Position numbers and translations under genes: made by a program. Of a stretch of 56,408 nucleotides of DNA, positions 28,683 through 37,480 are shown in pieces. Positions within the stretch are counted from its first letter, which is position 1. Each line of letters starts with the position of its first letter. The stretch is from assembly GCA_039796155.1 (NCBI GenBank), contig JBDKKJ010000007.1, positions 1 to 56,408 of the forward strand. Reading direction: 5' to 3'. Origin of the DNA: Candidatus Parcubacteria bacterium (lineage in GTDB: Bacteria; Patescibacteriota; Minisyncoccia; Phycocordibacterales; UBA6065). The notes under the pieces are model-generated. The model did no database searches. It was not told where the DNA came from and saw only the letters and a program-made list of their open reading frames with translations.

Positions 28683-29981
28683 ATGAGATATCCCAAGAAA
28701 AGTGAGTACGACGTGGCTGTAATTGGCGGTGGCCCAGCGGGTATGATTGCAGCTGGTCGCGCAGCTGAACTCGGTGCATCTGTTGTACTTGTAGAAAAGA
28801 ATGAAGGTCTCGGCAAAAAACTCCTCATCACAGGAGGTGGACGTTGCAATGTCACTAATGACAAACAAGACCCTCGCAAGTTCCTTGCCGAACTCCGTGG
28901 TAAAGGAAAGTTCCTTTTCTCTACCTTTGCCCAGCATGCAGTGAAAGAAAGCCTTGAGTTTTTTAATTCTCGAGGAATGGCTACTAAAGTTGAAAACGAG
29001 GATCGGGTGTTTCCGAAATCAGACTCAGCACGCTCTGTATATGACATACTTGTTCAGTACATGAAGGATCATAAGGTAGATATTGTGACCGCCTACCCCG
29101 CAAAAGGATTTCATGCTCGAGATGGAGTTATTGTTGGACTCAACACAGAAAAAGAAACCATTGTCGCAAAATCATACATCCTCGCAACGGGAGGCTCTTC
29201 AATGCCAGAGACCGGTTCTACTGGTGACGGTTTCCGCTGGCTCGAAAAGATTGGTCACACAATCATCCCCGCTGATGCCGCGTTGGTTCCCGTAAAAATT
29301 GCTGAGAAGTGGGTTCGAGATTTGTCGGGCGTATCACACCAGCATGCAAAGCTCTCTATTATGAAGAACGGCAAGCGCATGGATTCACGCATTGGTCGTA
29401 TGGTATTTGCTCACTTTGGTATTAGCGGGCCACTCGTGCTCAGTTTTTCGAAAGAAATTCGCGAAGCTATGCAATATGCCCAGCCTGGAGAAAAAATTGA
29501 GCTCTCGCTCGACATCATGCCTGATTTCAATACTACCGAGGCAATGGATCTTCGTGTTCAAGAAGTGTTTACCGCAAATTCAAATAAAAAGCTCAAGAAT
29601 GCACTTAAAGATTTGATTACGCCGGCCCTCTGCCCTATGGTTTTCGCTTTAACAAAGCTTGATCCAGAAAAAGAAATCAATGTTGTTACCCGTGAAGAAC
29701 GTCTTACTCTTACAAAGCTACTTAAAGACCTGCGAATGACCCCTACAGGCTTCCTTGGTAAAGAAAATGCCATTGTAGCGTCTGGTGGCGTAAAGCTAGA
29801 AGAAGTGGATTTTAAAACAATGCAGTCTCGCCTCTTCTCGAACCTTTACCTTACAGGGGATGTGCTTGATGTAGACCGACCTTCAGGTGGATATAGCCTT
29901 CAGTTATGCTGGACTACCGGTTGGGTTGCCGGGAATCATGCAGGACAACAGGCTAAAGGTAAAAAAACTATTCAGAAGTAG
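28683..29981 (+). CDS. BaiN/RdsA (HI0933/YhiN)-family NAD(P)/FAD-dependent oxidoreductase
   Basis: 432 aa. VAVIGGGPAGMIAA, TGGGRCNVTN, ATGG.S.P.TGSTGDG and CWTTGWVAG motifs. Confidence 0.85.
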   Translation: MRYPKKSEYDVAVIGGGPAGMIAAGRAAELGASVVLVEKNEGLGKKLLITGGGRCNVTNDKQDPRKFLAELRGKGKFLFSTFAQHAVKESLEFFNSRGMATKVENEDRVFPKSDSARSVYDILVQYMKDHKVDIVTAYPAKGFHARDGVIVGLNTEKETIVAKSYILATGGSSMPETGSTGDGFRWLEKIGHTIIPADAALVPVKIAEKWVRDLSGVSHQHAKLSIMKNGKRMDSRIGRMVFAHFGISGPLVLSFSKEIREAMQYAQPGEKIELSLDIMPDFNTTEAMDLRVQEVFTANSNKKLKNALKDLITPALCPMVFALTKLDPEKEINVVTREERLTLTKLLKDLRMTPTGFLGKENAIVASGGVKLEEVDFKTMQSRLFSNLYLTGDVLDVDRPSGGYSLQLCWTTGWVAGNHAGQQAKGKKTIQK

Positions 29982-30372
29982 TTCCATCAAACTCTTCGTT
30001 GTCTGCTTCTGCAACGGCTTTTGTGTCGTGAATAACACCGTTACGATGATGTGGTGGTGCGTAAAGTGTATACATCTTCAAGGCTTCTGTAGTGGAAGTG
30101 TTAATAATGTTATGCCACGTACCTGCAGGAACAATCAGAGCAGTACCGTCTTTAAGTATGATCTCTTCCGTGTTGTTAAGTATTGCCTTACCTTGCCCTT
30201 TTTCAAATCTAAAAAACTGATCACCTTTTTCATGAACTTCATTTCCTATCTCTTCGCCAGGCTTGAGACTCATAAGAACAAGCTGACATGAATCTGCGGT
30301 ATAAAGCACTTCTCTAAAACGATCGTTTTCCAGAGTCAATTTTTCAATATTATGTGTATATCCTTTTTTCAT
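29968..30372 (-). CDS. cupin domain protein
   Basis: 134 aa. GEEIGNEVHEKGDQFF...VPAGTWHNI cupin motifs. Confidence 0.75.
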   Translation of the reverse strand: MKKGYTHNIEKLTLENDRFREVLYTADSCQLVLMSLKPGEEIGNEVHEKGDQFFRFEKGQGKAILNNTEEIILKDGTALIVPAGTWHNIINTSTTEALKMYTLYAPPHHRNGVIHDTKAVAEADNEEFDGTTSE

Positions 30373-30476
30373 AAAATATAAAAGATTCCTTTAAAAGAAA
30401 AGTTGAATAAATAAAATGTACTACTGGGTCAGCGTCAGGATCTTAAACAATTACTACCCAAGTATACCACCGGAAA

Positions 30477-31092
30477 CTATCGAGAAAGCTTGAGAAGTAT
30501 GGGATATACTCGGTCCGCGATCGTAGCATAACCTAGGTCGTTGGGGTGAATAGCATCAAACATATACCGACCGTCGCCAAACAAGCCATCAAGTACGTTT
30601 GAGACGTATGCAGAGCCGGTTTCTTTAGCCAGAGACTTGAACTTACCATCTACAGAATCAATGAGAAGACCTCCTCGTACACCCAAGAGTAAAACCGCCG
30701 AACCAGATGACTGTATGGTAGTGATAATTTGTTGGAGATTGGCAAATGTCTCTGTCTTATTTACCTTTCGAAGGAAATCGTTCCCTCCCAAGAGAACAAC
30801 TGTAATTCGAGGCTTTAAGTTCAGTGACTTGCTCAATACGCGCGAGTCCCTGCGCAGTTGTATCTCCTGAGACACCAAGATTTACAATCGGCTCACCCAG
30901 CTTTTTAGAAAGCAGCGTTACGAAGTCATTACCTGCGGTAGAACCGTATCCAAAGACAAGGCTATCTCCGAAGGCAACAATAGGTCCAACCGTTGTCGGG
31001 TAATTTTTAATCTTAGTAGAACCACCAAACATAATGTAAAAGGTGCCGACAAGAATCACGGCACCTGCTACTAATAAGAGTTTCTTTTGCAC
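30477..31092 (-). pseudogene. SGNH/GDSL hydrolase interrupted by a frameshift
   Basis: The N-terminal ORF (30757-31092) carries block I FGDSL and block II GVSGDTT. The C-terminal ORF (30477-30878) carries block III LLGGND and block V DAIHPN. The frames join as ...VTELKPRITVVLLGGND if one base is removed from the AAA/TTT run near 30814-30819. Confidence 0.7.
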
Positions 31093-31110
31093 CCTAAAAT
31101 AATACCACGA

Positions 31111-31677
31111 CTAGTACTTGCGAATAACCCCCTTCACAATCGCAGCAATCTTTAGATCGTATTCAGGATAGATTGGTTTATAGTTTTTATTTGCAGGCTG
31201 CAAATACACTTTACCGTTTTTGGTTTTGTAGTACTTCATCGTCCAGCCACCATCGACTTCGGCGATGACAATATCACCTTCTTTAGCATTACTTCGTTTT
31301 TCCGCAACCACGAGATCACCTTCACGGATACCTTCTTCTATCATTGAATCGCCCTTGACCTCGAGTAGGTACGAATCCTGTCTGTTCTCCACCAAATACG
31401 CATTGATATTCATGGTATCAAGCACTGACTCTTCTGCAGTGGTCGGAATACCCGCCTCAACCAAACCGAGGAGAGGTATTTCGTCCATCGCTCTAACAAA
31501 TGTAATACGTCCTTGACCATCTTTGGTTACAATACCCATATCAACGAGTTTGTTGATGAGTTTGTAGACAGCATTTTTAGACTTGAAGCCTGTAAGATCC
31601 ATGATCTCCTTATACCCCGGCATTCGTTTATGTCGGATATAGAAGTCTATTATTTTTTTCTTATAGTCTTCAAACAT
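31111..31677 (-). CDS. lexA: LexA-like S24 repressor
   Basis: 188 aa. N-terminal wHTH, VEAG cleavage-site-like motif, GDSM catalytic Ser and downstream Lys. Confidence 0.85.
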   Translation of the reverse strand: MFEDYKKKIIDFYIRHKRMPGYKEIMDLTGFKSKNAVYKLINKLVDMGIVTKDGQGRITFVRAMDEIPLLGLVEAGIPTTAEESVLDTMNINAYLVENRQDSYLLEVKGDSMIEEGIREGDLVVAEKRSNAKEGDIVIAEVDGGWTMKYYKTKNGKVYLQPANKNYKPIYPEYDLKIAAIVKGVIRKY

Positions 31678-31682
31678 TGGTA

Positions 31683-31892
31683 TTAGAATACTAGAGTTGC
31701 GAATGATTGTGAAAGCTTGCCGAACCAGTTGAAGCTCTCTCGTGCACGGATAGATCGGAGTTGTGCGAGAAGATACTTGTGGCGAAGGGAATCTTTCTTG
31801 TAGTTACGACCCGTGATGATCTTCATATCGATCTGTCGGTTGATAATGTCGAGTTCGTATTCTATTGCTTTGATTGTTGCGTGTTTGCTCAT
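31683..31892 (-). CDS. hypothetical protein (69 aa), apparently co-transcribed with lexA
   Basis: ORF ends 6 nt upstream of the lexA start; a palindromic box lies upstream. Confidence 0.5.
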   Translation of the reverse strand: MSKHATIKAIEYELDIINRQIDMKIITGRNYKKDSLRHKYLLAQLRSIRARESFNWFGKLSQSFATLVF

Positions 31893-31936
31893 ATATCGTT
31901 TGGTTTTAAGCCGTTAAACTTATATGAACAGTATAA

Positions 31937-31952
31937 GTGAACTAGAGTTCAC
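31937..31952. promoter_or_regulatory. candidate LexA operator (Cheo-box-like palindrome GTGAAC-TAGA-GTTCAC)
   Basis: Perfect 16-bp palindrome with a GAAC-N4-GTTC core, 45 bp upstream of the first gene of the lexA operon. Confidence 0.5.
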
Positions 31953-31976
31953 CTGCAAGCACTTCCCTGTGGATAA

Positions 31977-32210
31977 CTACTTTTTATCTTGTTTTACCTT
32001 GTGAAAACGTATCTCTACTTTGTCACCTTCGTTTACTTTTGAACCAAGGACTGCCACTTTGTCATTGATTAAAATCTTTCCTCCCCCTACGAGCTTATCC
32101 ATATCACGGCGTGATCCTCGCCCCTCCATAGCAAGGTACTTGTTGATTCTCATAGGAAACACTGGAGCTTCTTCCCCTTCAGGCGTTCGTTCTTCGCGTT
32201 CTTTTTTCAT
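31977..32210 (-). CDS. stand-alone S4 RNA-binding domain protein
   Basis: 77 aa. RINKYLA..G.GSRRD...L...G.I.IND pattern of the S4 domain found at the N-terminus of RsuA/RluB-type pseudouridine synthases. No catalytic domain follows. Confidence 0.6.
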   Translation of the reverse strand: MKKEREERTPEGEEAPVFPMRINKYLAMEGRGSRRDMDKLVGGGKILINDKVAVLGSKVNEGDKVEIRFHKVKQDKK

Positions 32211-32224
32211 ATAGATACAGACTA

Positions 32225-32491
32225 TCAGTTCGTGGCCACAAGCGCTAACTTTTCCTCACGCGAGAGTTTTTTCATACCCGCTTCGGCAACTGATGCGCTT
32301 GAACGGTCTTTGTACTTTTTTGAGTAAATCATTTTGACCGGACGGCGTGCACGCGTATATTTTGCACCTGCTTTGCCTGTGTTGTGTTCAGTGACTCTGC
32401 GTTCAAGATCAGTTGTGATGCCTGTGTAGAGCGTGTCGTCGGCACAGACAAGCATATAGAGGTAGTACCGTGATGTTGGTGCTTTAGGCAT
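32225..32491 (-). CDS. GIY-YIG nuclease family protein
   Basis: YYLYMLVCADDTLYTGITTDLERRVTEHN. Start trimmed to MPKAPTS (ATG 32491). Confidence 0.8.
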   Translation of the reverse strand: MPKAPTSRYYLYMLVCADDTLYTGITTDLERRVTEHNTGKAGAKYTRARRPVKMIYSKKYKDRSSASVAEAGMKKLSREEKLALVATN

Positions 32492-32735
32492 GGTGTTTGA
32501 TAAAAAGCTTTGACGGCTTGTCGCCTCCTCGCACCAATGCAAGTGATTTTTCCGGAACACTGAGGTGTCGTGCGAGCACGCTATGGATTGCAGCGTTCGC
32601 ACGCCCGTTTTCTGCAGGTTCTCGAACAGAAACAATGTACCGATCACCCTTCATGGCAACCTCATCCTTCTTGCTCCCCGCTTTGGCAGTTACTTTAATA
32701 TACTCTGGCAATCGTTTATTTCTTTTTAAAGGCAC
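32484..32735 (-). CDS. DUF167 (YggU-like) protein
   Basis: 83 aa. V.V.AKAGSKKDEV......V.V.EPAENGRAN pattern. Confidence 0.7.
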   Translation of the reverse strand: MPLKRNKRLPEYIKVTAKAGSKKDEVAMKGDRYIVSVREPAENGRANAAIHSVLARHLSVPEKSLALVRGGDKPSKLFIKHHA

Positions 32736-33600
32736 CTGTGATTATTTCCTGAGTAAATCCAGAAATAATTTTCCCTGAACGACCATACTCATAGAGGGCG
32801 AATTTGAATATTGCATCAAGTGTTGAAGAAACAACTATAACTGCAATCAAGAAAAGGACGAAAATCACTCCAAGCGCGATAAACACAATCGAATTCTGCA
32901 CGATCATACCGAGCACCAAAAGTGCAAACAAGACGCCGAAAGTGATGATGCCAAAGAATAGTCCAACACCTGTGTTTACAATCAATACCTCACCCCATGT
33001 TTTTCGGATGATAGCTGCTGACTCTTTAAATGATCCTTTAACCGTTGTCTTTCCAATCACGAGCGAAAGAAGACTGAAGTAGGTCATGATGCTCCACGCT
33101 GCACCTAAAAGACCTGCAACAATCTGTCCTGCCAATTTAAAGTTATCAGCAATCGTTCGTAGTACCACGCCCACGGTCGCAGAAATAAGAGACCACATAA
33201 AGACATTCCCGATATTCGCAAGCGCGCCCTTTACACCATCCATAAAACCGAGATTCAGACCGCTGAAGCGTCCATTGATAATCACGTACATCGCGGTCTG
33301 AAAGAAGTTTGCAACAAAGAAGACAAGGATGTAGTACACCAATACGACAAGATACTCTAGACCCGTCATATTCTCACGACTGAAACCCTCGGGAATAGCC
33401 GGCGCAAATAAGATGTAACCAATTATGAAAACACCGGTGGCAATGAGAGAAACAATCGCTGATACGACTGGGAAAAAGAGTAATTCCTTGTCCTGCTTTA
33501 AGACAGACCAAGATTCGCTCACAATAATACGACTTGCTTTGAATTTTCCAATTTTCTGAGGAGGTACAACAACTGCTGCAGGAGCTACTTCTGGTGGCAT
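32716..33600 (-). CDS. polytopic membrane protein of unknown function
   Basis: 294 aa, about six TM helices. Confidence 0.6.
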   Translation of the reverse strand: MPPEVAPAAVVVPPQKIGKFKASRIIVSESWSVLKQDKELLFFPVVSAIVSLIATGVFIIGYILFAPAIPEGFSRENMTGLEYLVVLVYYILVFFVANFFQTAMYVIINGRFSGLNLGFMDGVKGALANIGNVFMWSLISATVGVVLRTIADNFKLAGQIVAGLLGAAWSIMTYFSLLSLVIGKTTVKGSFKESAAIIRKTWGEVLIVNTGVGLFFGIITFGVLFALLVLGMIVQNSIVFIALGVIFVLFLIAVIVVSSTLDAIFKFALYEYGRSGKIISGFTQEIITGAFKKK

Positions 33601-33652
33601 AAAATATTGTTAGTTTTAATACCTAAAGTCTATCACTCTAGCCACAAACACA

Positions 33653-34201
33653 CTATCCAAGTACTCCACCCTGTCTGTGTAGTTCCGCACGTAGTTTTTT
33701 ATAGTCTGGCACCGCTTTAGCCACCAAATCCCAGAACTTTTGAGAGTGATTGAACTCACGAAGGTGGCAGAGTTCGTGAACCATCAAATAATCAGCGAGG
33801 TGTTGTGGAAGTAGTGCAATTTTATAATTAAAGTTGAGATTGCCGTGAGTTGAACATGATCCCCAGCGAGACTTTTGGTTTCTGATAGCAATCTTTCCTA
33901 TTTTAAAGCCATAGAGCGCGTTGAGCTCTGGCAGACGCCGTGTGACAAGCTCTCGTGCGGCTTCTTTGTGCTTTATATATTCAGCACGTGAATTCTTTCT
34001 TCGCACAACAGGACGAAATGGCGTAAATCGTTTTAATGCATCAGAAATCCATTCTGATTTTTGTGCGACAAAGGACTTTACCATAAATTCTGGAATAAAC
34101 GGCGGCGCAGAAACCACACATCTACCGTCTGCATACACTGAAACCCTCAAGCTTTTGGCTCGAGGGTTTCTTTTAATTGAATATACGGTGTCGTGCACCA
34201 T
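33653..34201 (-). CDS. YgjP-like (DUF45/M48-related) metal-dependent hydrolase
   Basis: 182 aa. HELCHLREFNHSQKFW HExxH motif typical of the family. Confidence 0.8.
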   Translation of the reverse strand: MVHDTVYSIKRNPRAKSLRVSVYADGRCVVSAPPFIPEFMVKSFVAQKSEWISDALKRFTPFRPVVRRKNSRAEYIKHKEAARELVTRRLPELNALYGFKIGKIAIRNQKSRWGSCSTHGNLNFNYKIALLPQHLADYLMVHELCHLREFNHSQKFWDLVAKAVPDYKKLRAELHRQGGVLG

Positions 34202-34210
34202 TACGTTTAC

Positions 34211-34945
34211 TTATTTAAGCTCGATTGAAGTGATGATAACCGGTTCTACAGGTCGATCGTTTGCACCTGTCTTTGTATTGTTGATTGCCATAACCGCTTC
34301 AGCACCTTCTGTTACCATAGCAAATACTGTGTGCTTGGTATCAAGGAAGCTGTTGTCAGCAACGTTGATAAAGAACTGGCTACCGTTTGTATTTGGACCG
34401 GCATTTGCCATAGCGATGGTTCCTGGAACATTGTGGTTCTCAGCACCAATCTCGTCAGCAAACTGGTATCCAGGACCTCCCGTACCCCATCGAGCCATCT
34501 GGGCATCGTCTTTTGATAATGGATCTCCAGTCTGATTCATAAAGCCTTTGATTACGCGGTGGAACTTTGTGCCGTTATAAAAACCAGATTTGGCGAGCTT
34601 TATAAAGTTCTCAGTAGTCTTTGGAGTAGCTGGATTAAAAGCGATAGTGATGTCTCCGAGGTTTGTGTGAAGAATAGCGTTCATGATGTTTTGATTATCG
34701 TTTGTAAGGTTTCCGTTCTGCCCTGTCGTTCCTGCAGCTGTCGGTCGCTCTGGACCCATTGGTTTGTCGCCCGTTGCCGTCTCGCTGTCCTTGCCCTGGC
34801 CTGCGCCGGCCGCCTGCTCTGCGAACAAATCTGCACCCGTGGCCGGCGCAGGCTTCGGCAACAAACTCGCTCCCCTAAAAAAAGAGAAGTAGACTGCGCC
34901 GATAATAATGAGGGCTATGAGGCCGGGGAACCAGATTCGTTTCAT
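34211..34945 (-). CDS. cyclophilin-type peptidyl-prolyl isomerase, membrane-anchored
   Basis: 244 aa. N-terminal TM, linker, then FHRVIKGFMNQTGDP...GTIAMANAGPNTNGSQFFI. Confidence 0.9.
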   Translation of the reverse strand: MKRIWFPGLIALIIIGAVYFSFFRGASLLPKPAPATGADLFAEQAAGAGQGKDSETATGDKPMGPERPTAAGTTGQNGNLTNDNQNIMNAILHTNLGDITIAFNPATPKTTENFIKLAKSGFYNGTKFHRVIKGFMNQTGDPLSKDDAQMARWGTGGPGYQFADEIGAENHNVPGTIAMANAGPNTNGSQFFINVADNSFLDTKHTVFAMVTEGAEAVMAINNTKTGANDRPVEPVIITSIELK

Positions 34946-34952
34946 ATATAAG

Positions 34953-35291
34953 TTATTTTCTTAATCTCTTATCCACAACAGTCTTTATTGCTTCTGCAAT
35001 CCGCTCTAAATAAATACTATCAATCAACTGATTTGTGATTCGCATAGTCACAAAATCGTCACCATCAGAGAAATGGTTGCGCTTGAAATCCTTTTCGATC
35101 TGTTCAGCATTTACAAAATGATACAAACCATCAACCTCTATAAACATTTTTGCATCAAGGATCGCAATATCAATATGTTTATGACCATCCCAATGTTCTA
35201 GAACAGTCTTTACACCTATTTCTTTGAGTGCTTTATCCAAAGCGGTAACTTGTGGAGTGGCAACTGGTTTTGGAAGTGGTTCGTTATGCAT
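34953..35291 (-). CDS. hypothetical protein, weak DUF559/Vsr-like endonuclease resemblance
   Basis: 112 aa. ...HIDIAILDAKMFIEVDG... resembles the restriction-endonuclease-like core; weak. Confidence 0.4.
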   Translation of the reverse strand: MHNEPLPKPVATPQVTALDKALKEIGVKTVLEHWDGHKHIDIAILDAKMFIEVDGLYHFVNAEQIEKDFKRNHFSDGDDFVTMRITNQLIDSIYLERIAEAIKTVVDKRLRK

Positions 35292-35322
35292 TGTTGTATT
35301 AATGTTATAAATCCTATCTCAC

Positions 35323-36360
35323 TTACTCCAACGGCACAAACCCTGCAAGCCTTAAGAAGAAAGCCATCGGAATGTCATACCATCGCAGAGTCCACGCACC
35401 GGGATGGTATACCTTTGCCTCGAACTTCCAGCTATCAACAATGGTGGCTAATTCTTCGACCATACGCGGATCGTGGAAAAATACGCCGGCTTCAATATTA
35501 AAATTAAAGGAAAAGAGGTCGAGGTTCTGAGAACCAATGATTCCCTCTTTCCTATCTACAATCATGGTTTTTGCATGATTCATTTCCTTGGTGAAATAGC
35601 AGGTCGCACCGAGCCCTGTGAGATTTGAAGCAAATGAACGATTAACCCCGTTTACAAACCAGTGATCAGTCGCTTCGGGCATAATGATATCCACTTTTAC
35701 ACCTCGAAGAATCGCCTGGTGGAGATGGGCAATAAACCAACGCGGTGGAAACAAATATGGAGTCACAAGAGTAATTGACGCCTGAGCTTTATCCAATCGC
35801 TCCTCATAGTATTTTCTCAACTGCTGTCGACGTTTGCCGATACCGTGATCTACAAACCAGAGCTGGGTCTTTTTAAGAGGCCCTATTTCAGGCACAGATT
35901 CAGCAATCGTACTTTTACCTCCGCACTTTTTATACACGCGAGCAAATGAACGTGTGACAGAACGCACCACCGTACCTCGCACCTCTACCTGCAAATCACG
36001 CCACTGTGCATATTTTTTACCCACATTCACGCCACCGATGAAAGCAAGCGTTTCATCAACGATAAGCACCTTGCGATGAAGTCGTTTCCAAAAGAAGCTA
36101 CAGAATACAACCTCAGCACCAGCTTCACGTAGTCGTGACACTGCATTGCTGAGCAAGTCATAGCTCCCCACCACATCAAGAACGAGAATGACACGAACAC
36201 CTCGTCGAGCGGCGTCTTCGAGCGCCTTAAAAAAATCAGTTCCCCGCGAATCATCGTCGAGGATATACATTTCGAGATATACCGATGCGTGCGCTGATTC
36301 AATTCCTGAAATCATCCCTGCCCAAGCCTTTTCTGAAGTGGTATATATCCGGTATTTCAT
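35323..36360 (-). CDS. phospholipase D / cardiolipin-synthase-like protein, two HKD motifs, no TM segment
   Basis: 345 aa. HRKVLIVDE and HAKTMIVDR HKD motifs. Confidence 0.85.
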   Translation of the reverse strand: MKYRIYTTSEKAWAGMISGIESAHASVYLEMYILDDDSRGTDFFKALEDAARRGVRVILVLDVVGSYDLLSNAVSRLREAGAEVVFCSFFWKRLHRKVLIVDETLAFIGGVNVGKKYAQWRDLQVEVRGTVVRSVTRSFARVYKKCGGKSTIAESVPEIGPLKKTQLWFVDHGIGKRRQQLRKYYEERLDKAQASITLVTPYLFPPRWFIAHLHQAILRGVKVDIIMPEATDHWFVNGVNRSFASNLTGLGATCYFTKEMNHAKTMIVDRKEGIIGSQNLDLFSFNFNIEAGVFFHDPRMVEELATIVDSWKFEAKVYHPGAWTLRWYDIPMAFFLRLAGFVPLE

Positions 36361-36424
36361 AGACGGTTATTATCTCATAAAGAAGAGATAAAAATGGGGA
36401 TTGCACCATTTTATCTGTTTGATA

Positions 36425-36868
36425 CTATGTGGCTTTGGGGTTACCCACCGATCCAGGAGTAACATCCTGGTGATTATTCGAAAGCTCGAGCAACGCCTCG
36501 AGCTTTTGTTTTACCCTTAAAAAATCACCCTGCTCAAGAACAGTAATCCTTCTTTGGAATCTATATACTGAAAACATTCTAATTTGATATAGCAATATGT
36601 ATTGAATACGATCCTGAATGAAGATACTGGTAAACCACGACCCTACCTTTCGTTGAGTTGATAACGGTATACCAATACACTGAGAACTGGAAAGTTTCTT
36701 TATGACTAAAATCGGACGTCGAAAAGTCGTGCCTTTACCACAGGACTCATTGCCAACATTAAGTCCAATAGCGCACCACCATATTTCCCCTTCTTTAAAT
36801 AAAAACTTATCTTGTTTTCGTTCAAGAACCTTCTTCTGTTTATTCCACTCATCAAAGTCTTTTTCCAT
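36425..36868 (-). CDS. PemK/MazF-family toxin-like protein
   Basis: 147 aa. GEIWWCAIGLNVGNE...RPILVIKK...IPLST pattern of MazF/PemK-like proteins. Confidence 0.65.
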   Translation of the reverse strand: MEKDFDEWNKQKKVLERKQDKFLFKEGEIWWCAIGLNVGNESCGKGTTFRRPILVIKKLSSSQCIGIPLSTQRKVGSWFTSIFIQDRIQYILLYQIRMFSVYRFQRRITVLEQGDFLRVKQKLEALLELSNNHQDVTPGSVGNPKAT

Positions 36869-36933
36869 ATTAACTAGTATCCAAGACAGAACATAAAGAA
36901 AACATAAAAAAGAAGACCTTTCGGTCTTCTGAA

Positions 36934-37422
36934 CTAGACGGCAATTTTAAGCGCTTTGGAGAATAACGTTCTGCCAACAGTGTTGGAACTGGGTGCGAAA
37001 ATGTCGCGGACTTGGTCCTGGGTGAGCATGTGGAAATTGTATGCAACATACACCATCGCCGCTTCATCACAATGCTCAGGCAAACCAGCGAATGACCAGA
37101 TATACTGCTCTGTTCGAATCGCACCCGCATGCATTCCCTGAATTTTATCTCGACTCTGCCAACTACTGACATGTGTCGGATTATCAAAGAGTCGGTGGGC
37201 TTTTTCAAGAGAACTATCGAAACGAAAGTGAGCTTGTTCCAAAGGACATTCGCCAATCTGACGGACCATGATTATTTTTCCCGTCACCGCTGACATGAGT
37301 GTGAAATAGCCACTAATGTGATCGGGAGTCCGCTGAGTAGCAATTCCGCCGACAGCCATTACAGCAGTGCCAACATGCGAAAGAACGTTAATGTCTCCTG
37401 CAAACGTGAGTACAGGGTTCAT
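36934..37422 (-). CDS. hypothetical protein (162 aa)
   Basis: Long ORF in the operon orientation; no family recognised. Confidence 0.5.
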   Translation of the reverse strand: MNPVLTFAGDINVLSHVGTAVMAVGGIATQRTPDHISGYFTLMSAVTGKIIMVRQIGECPLEQAHFRFDSSLEKAHRLFDNPTHVSSWQSRDKIQGMHAGAIRTEQYIWSFAGLPEHCDEAAMVYVAYNFHMLTQDQVRDIFAPSSNTVGRTLFSKALKIAV

Positions 37423-37480
37423 CTAAAAAGATTTCATTGAGGGTTAAAGGAGCTGAACTTGTCCAGTATGCCACCTTTCC

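Noticed and set aside
28617-29047. 106-aa and 138-aa minus-strand ORFs
   Set aside because: They are antisense to the well-supported BaiN-family flavoprotein gene.
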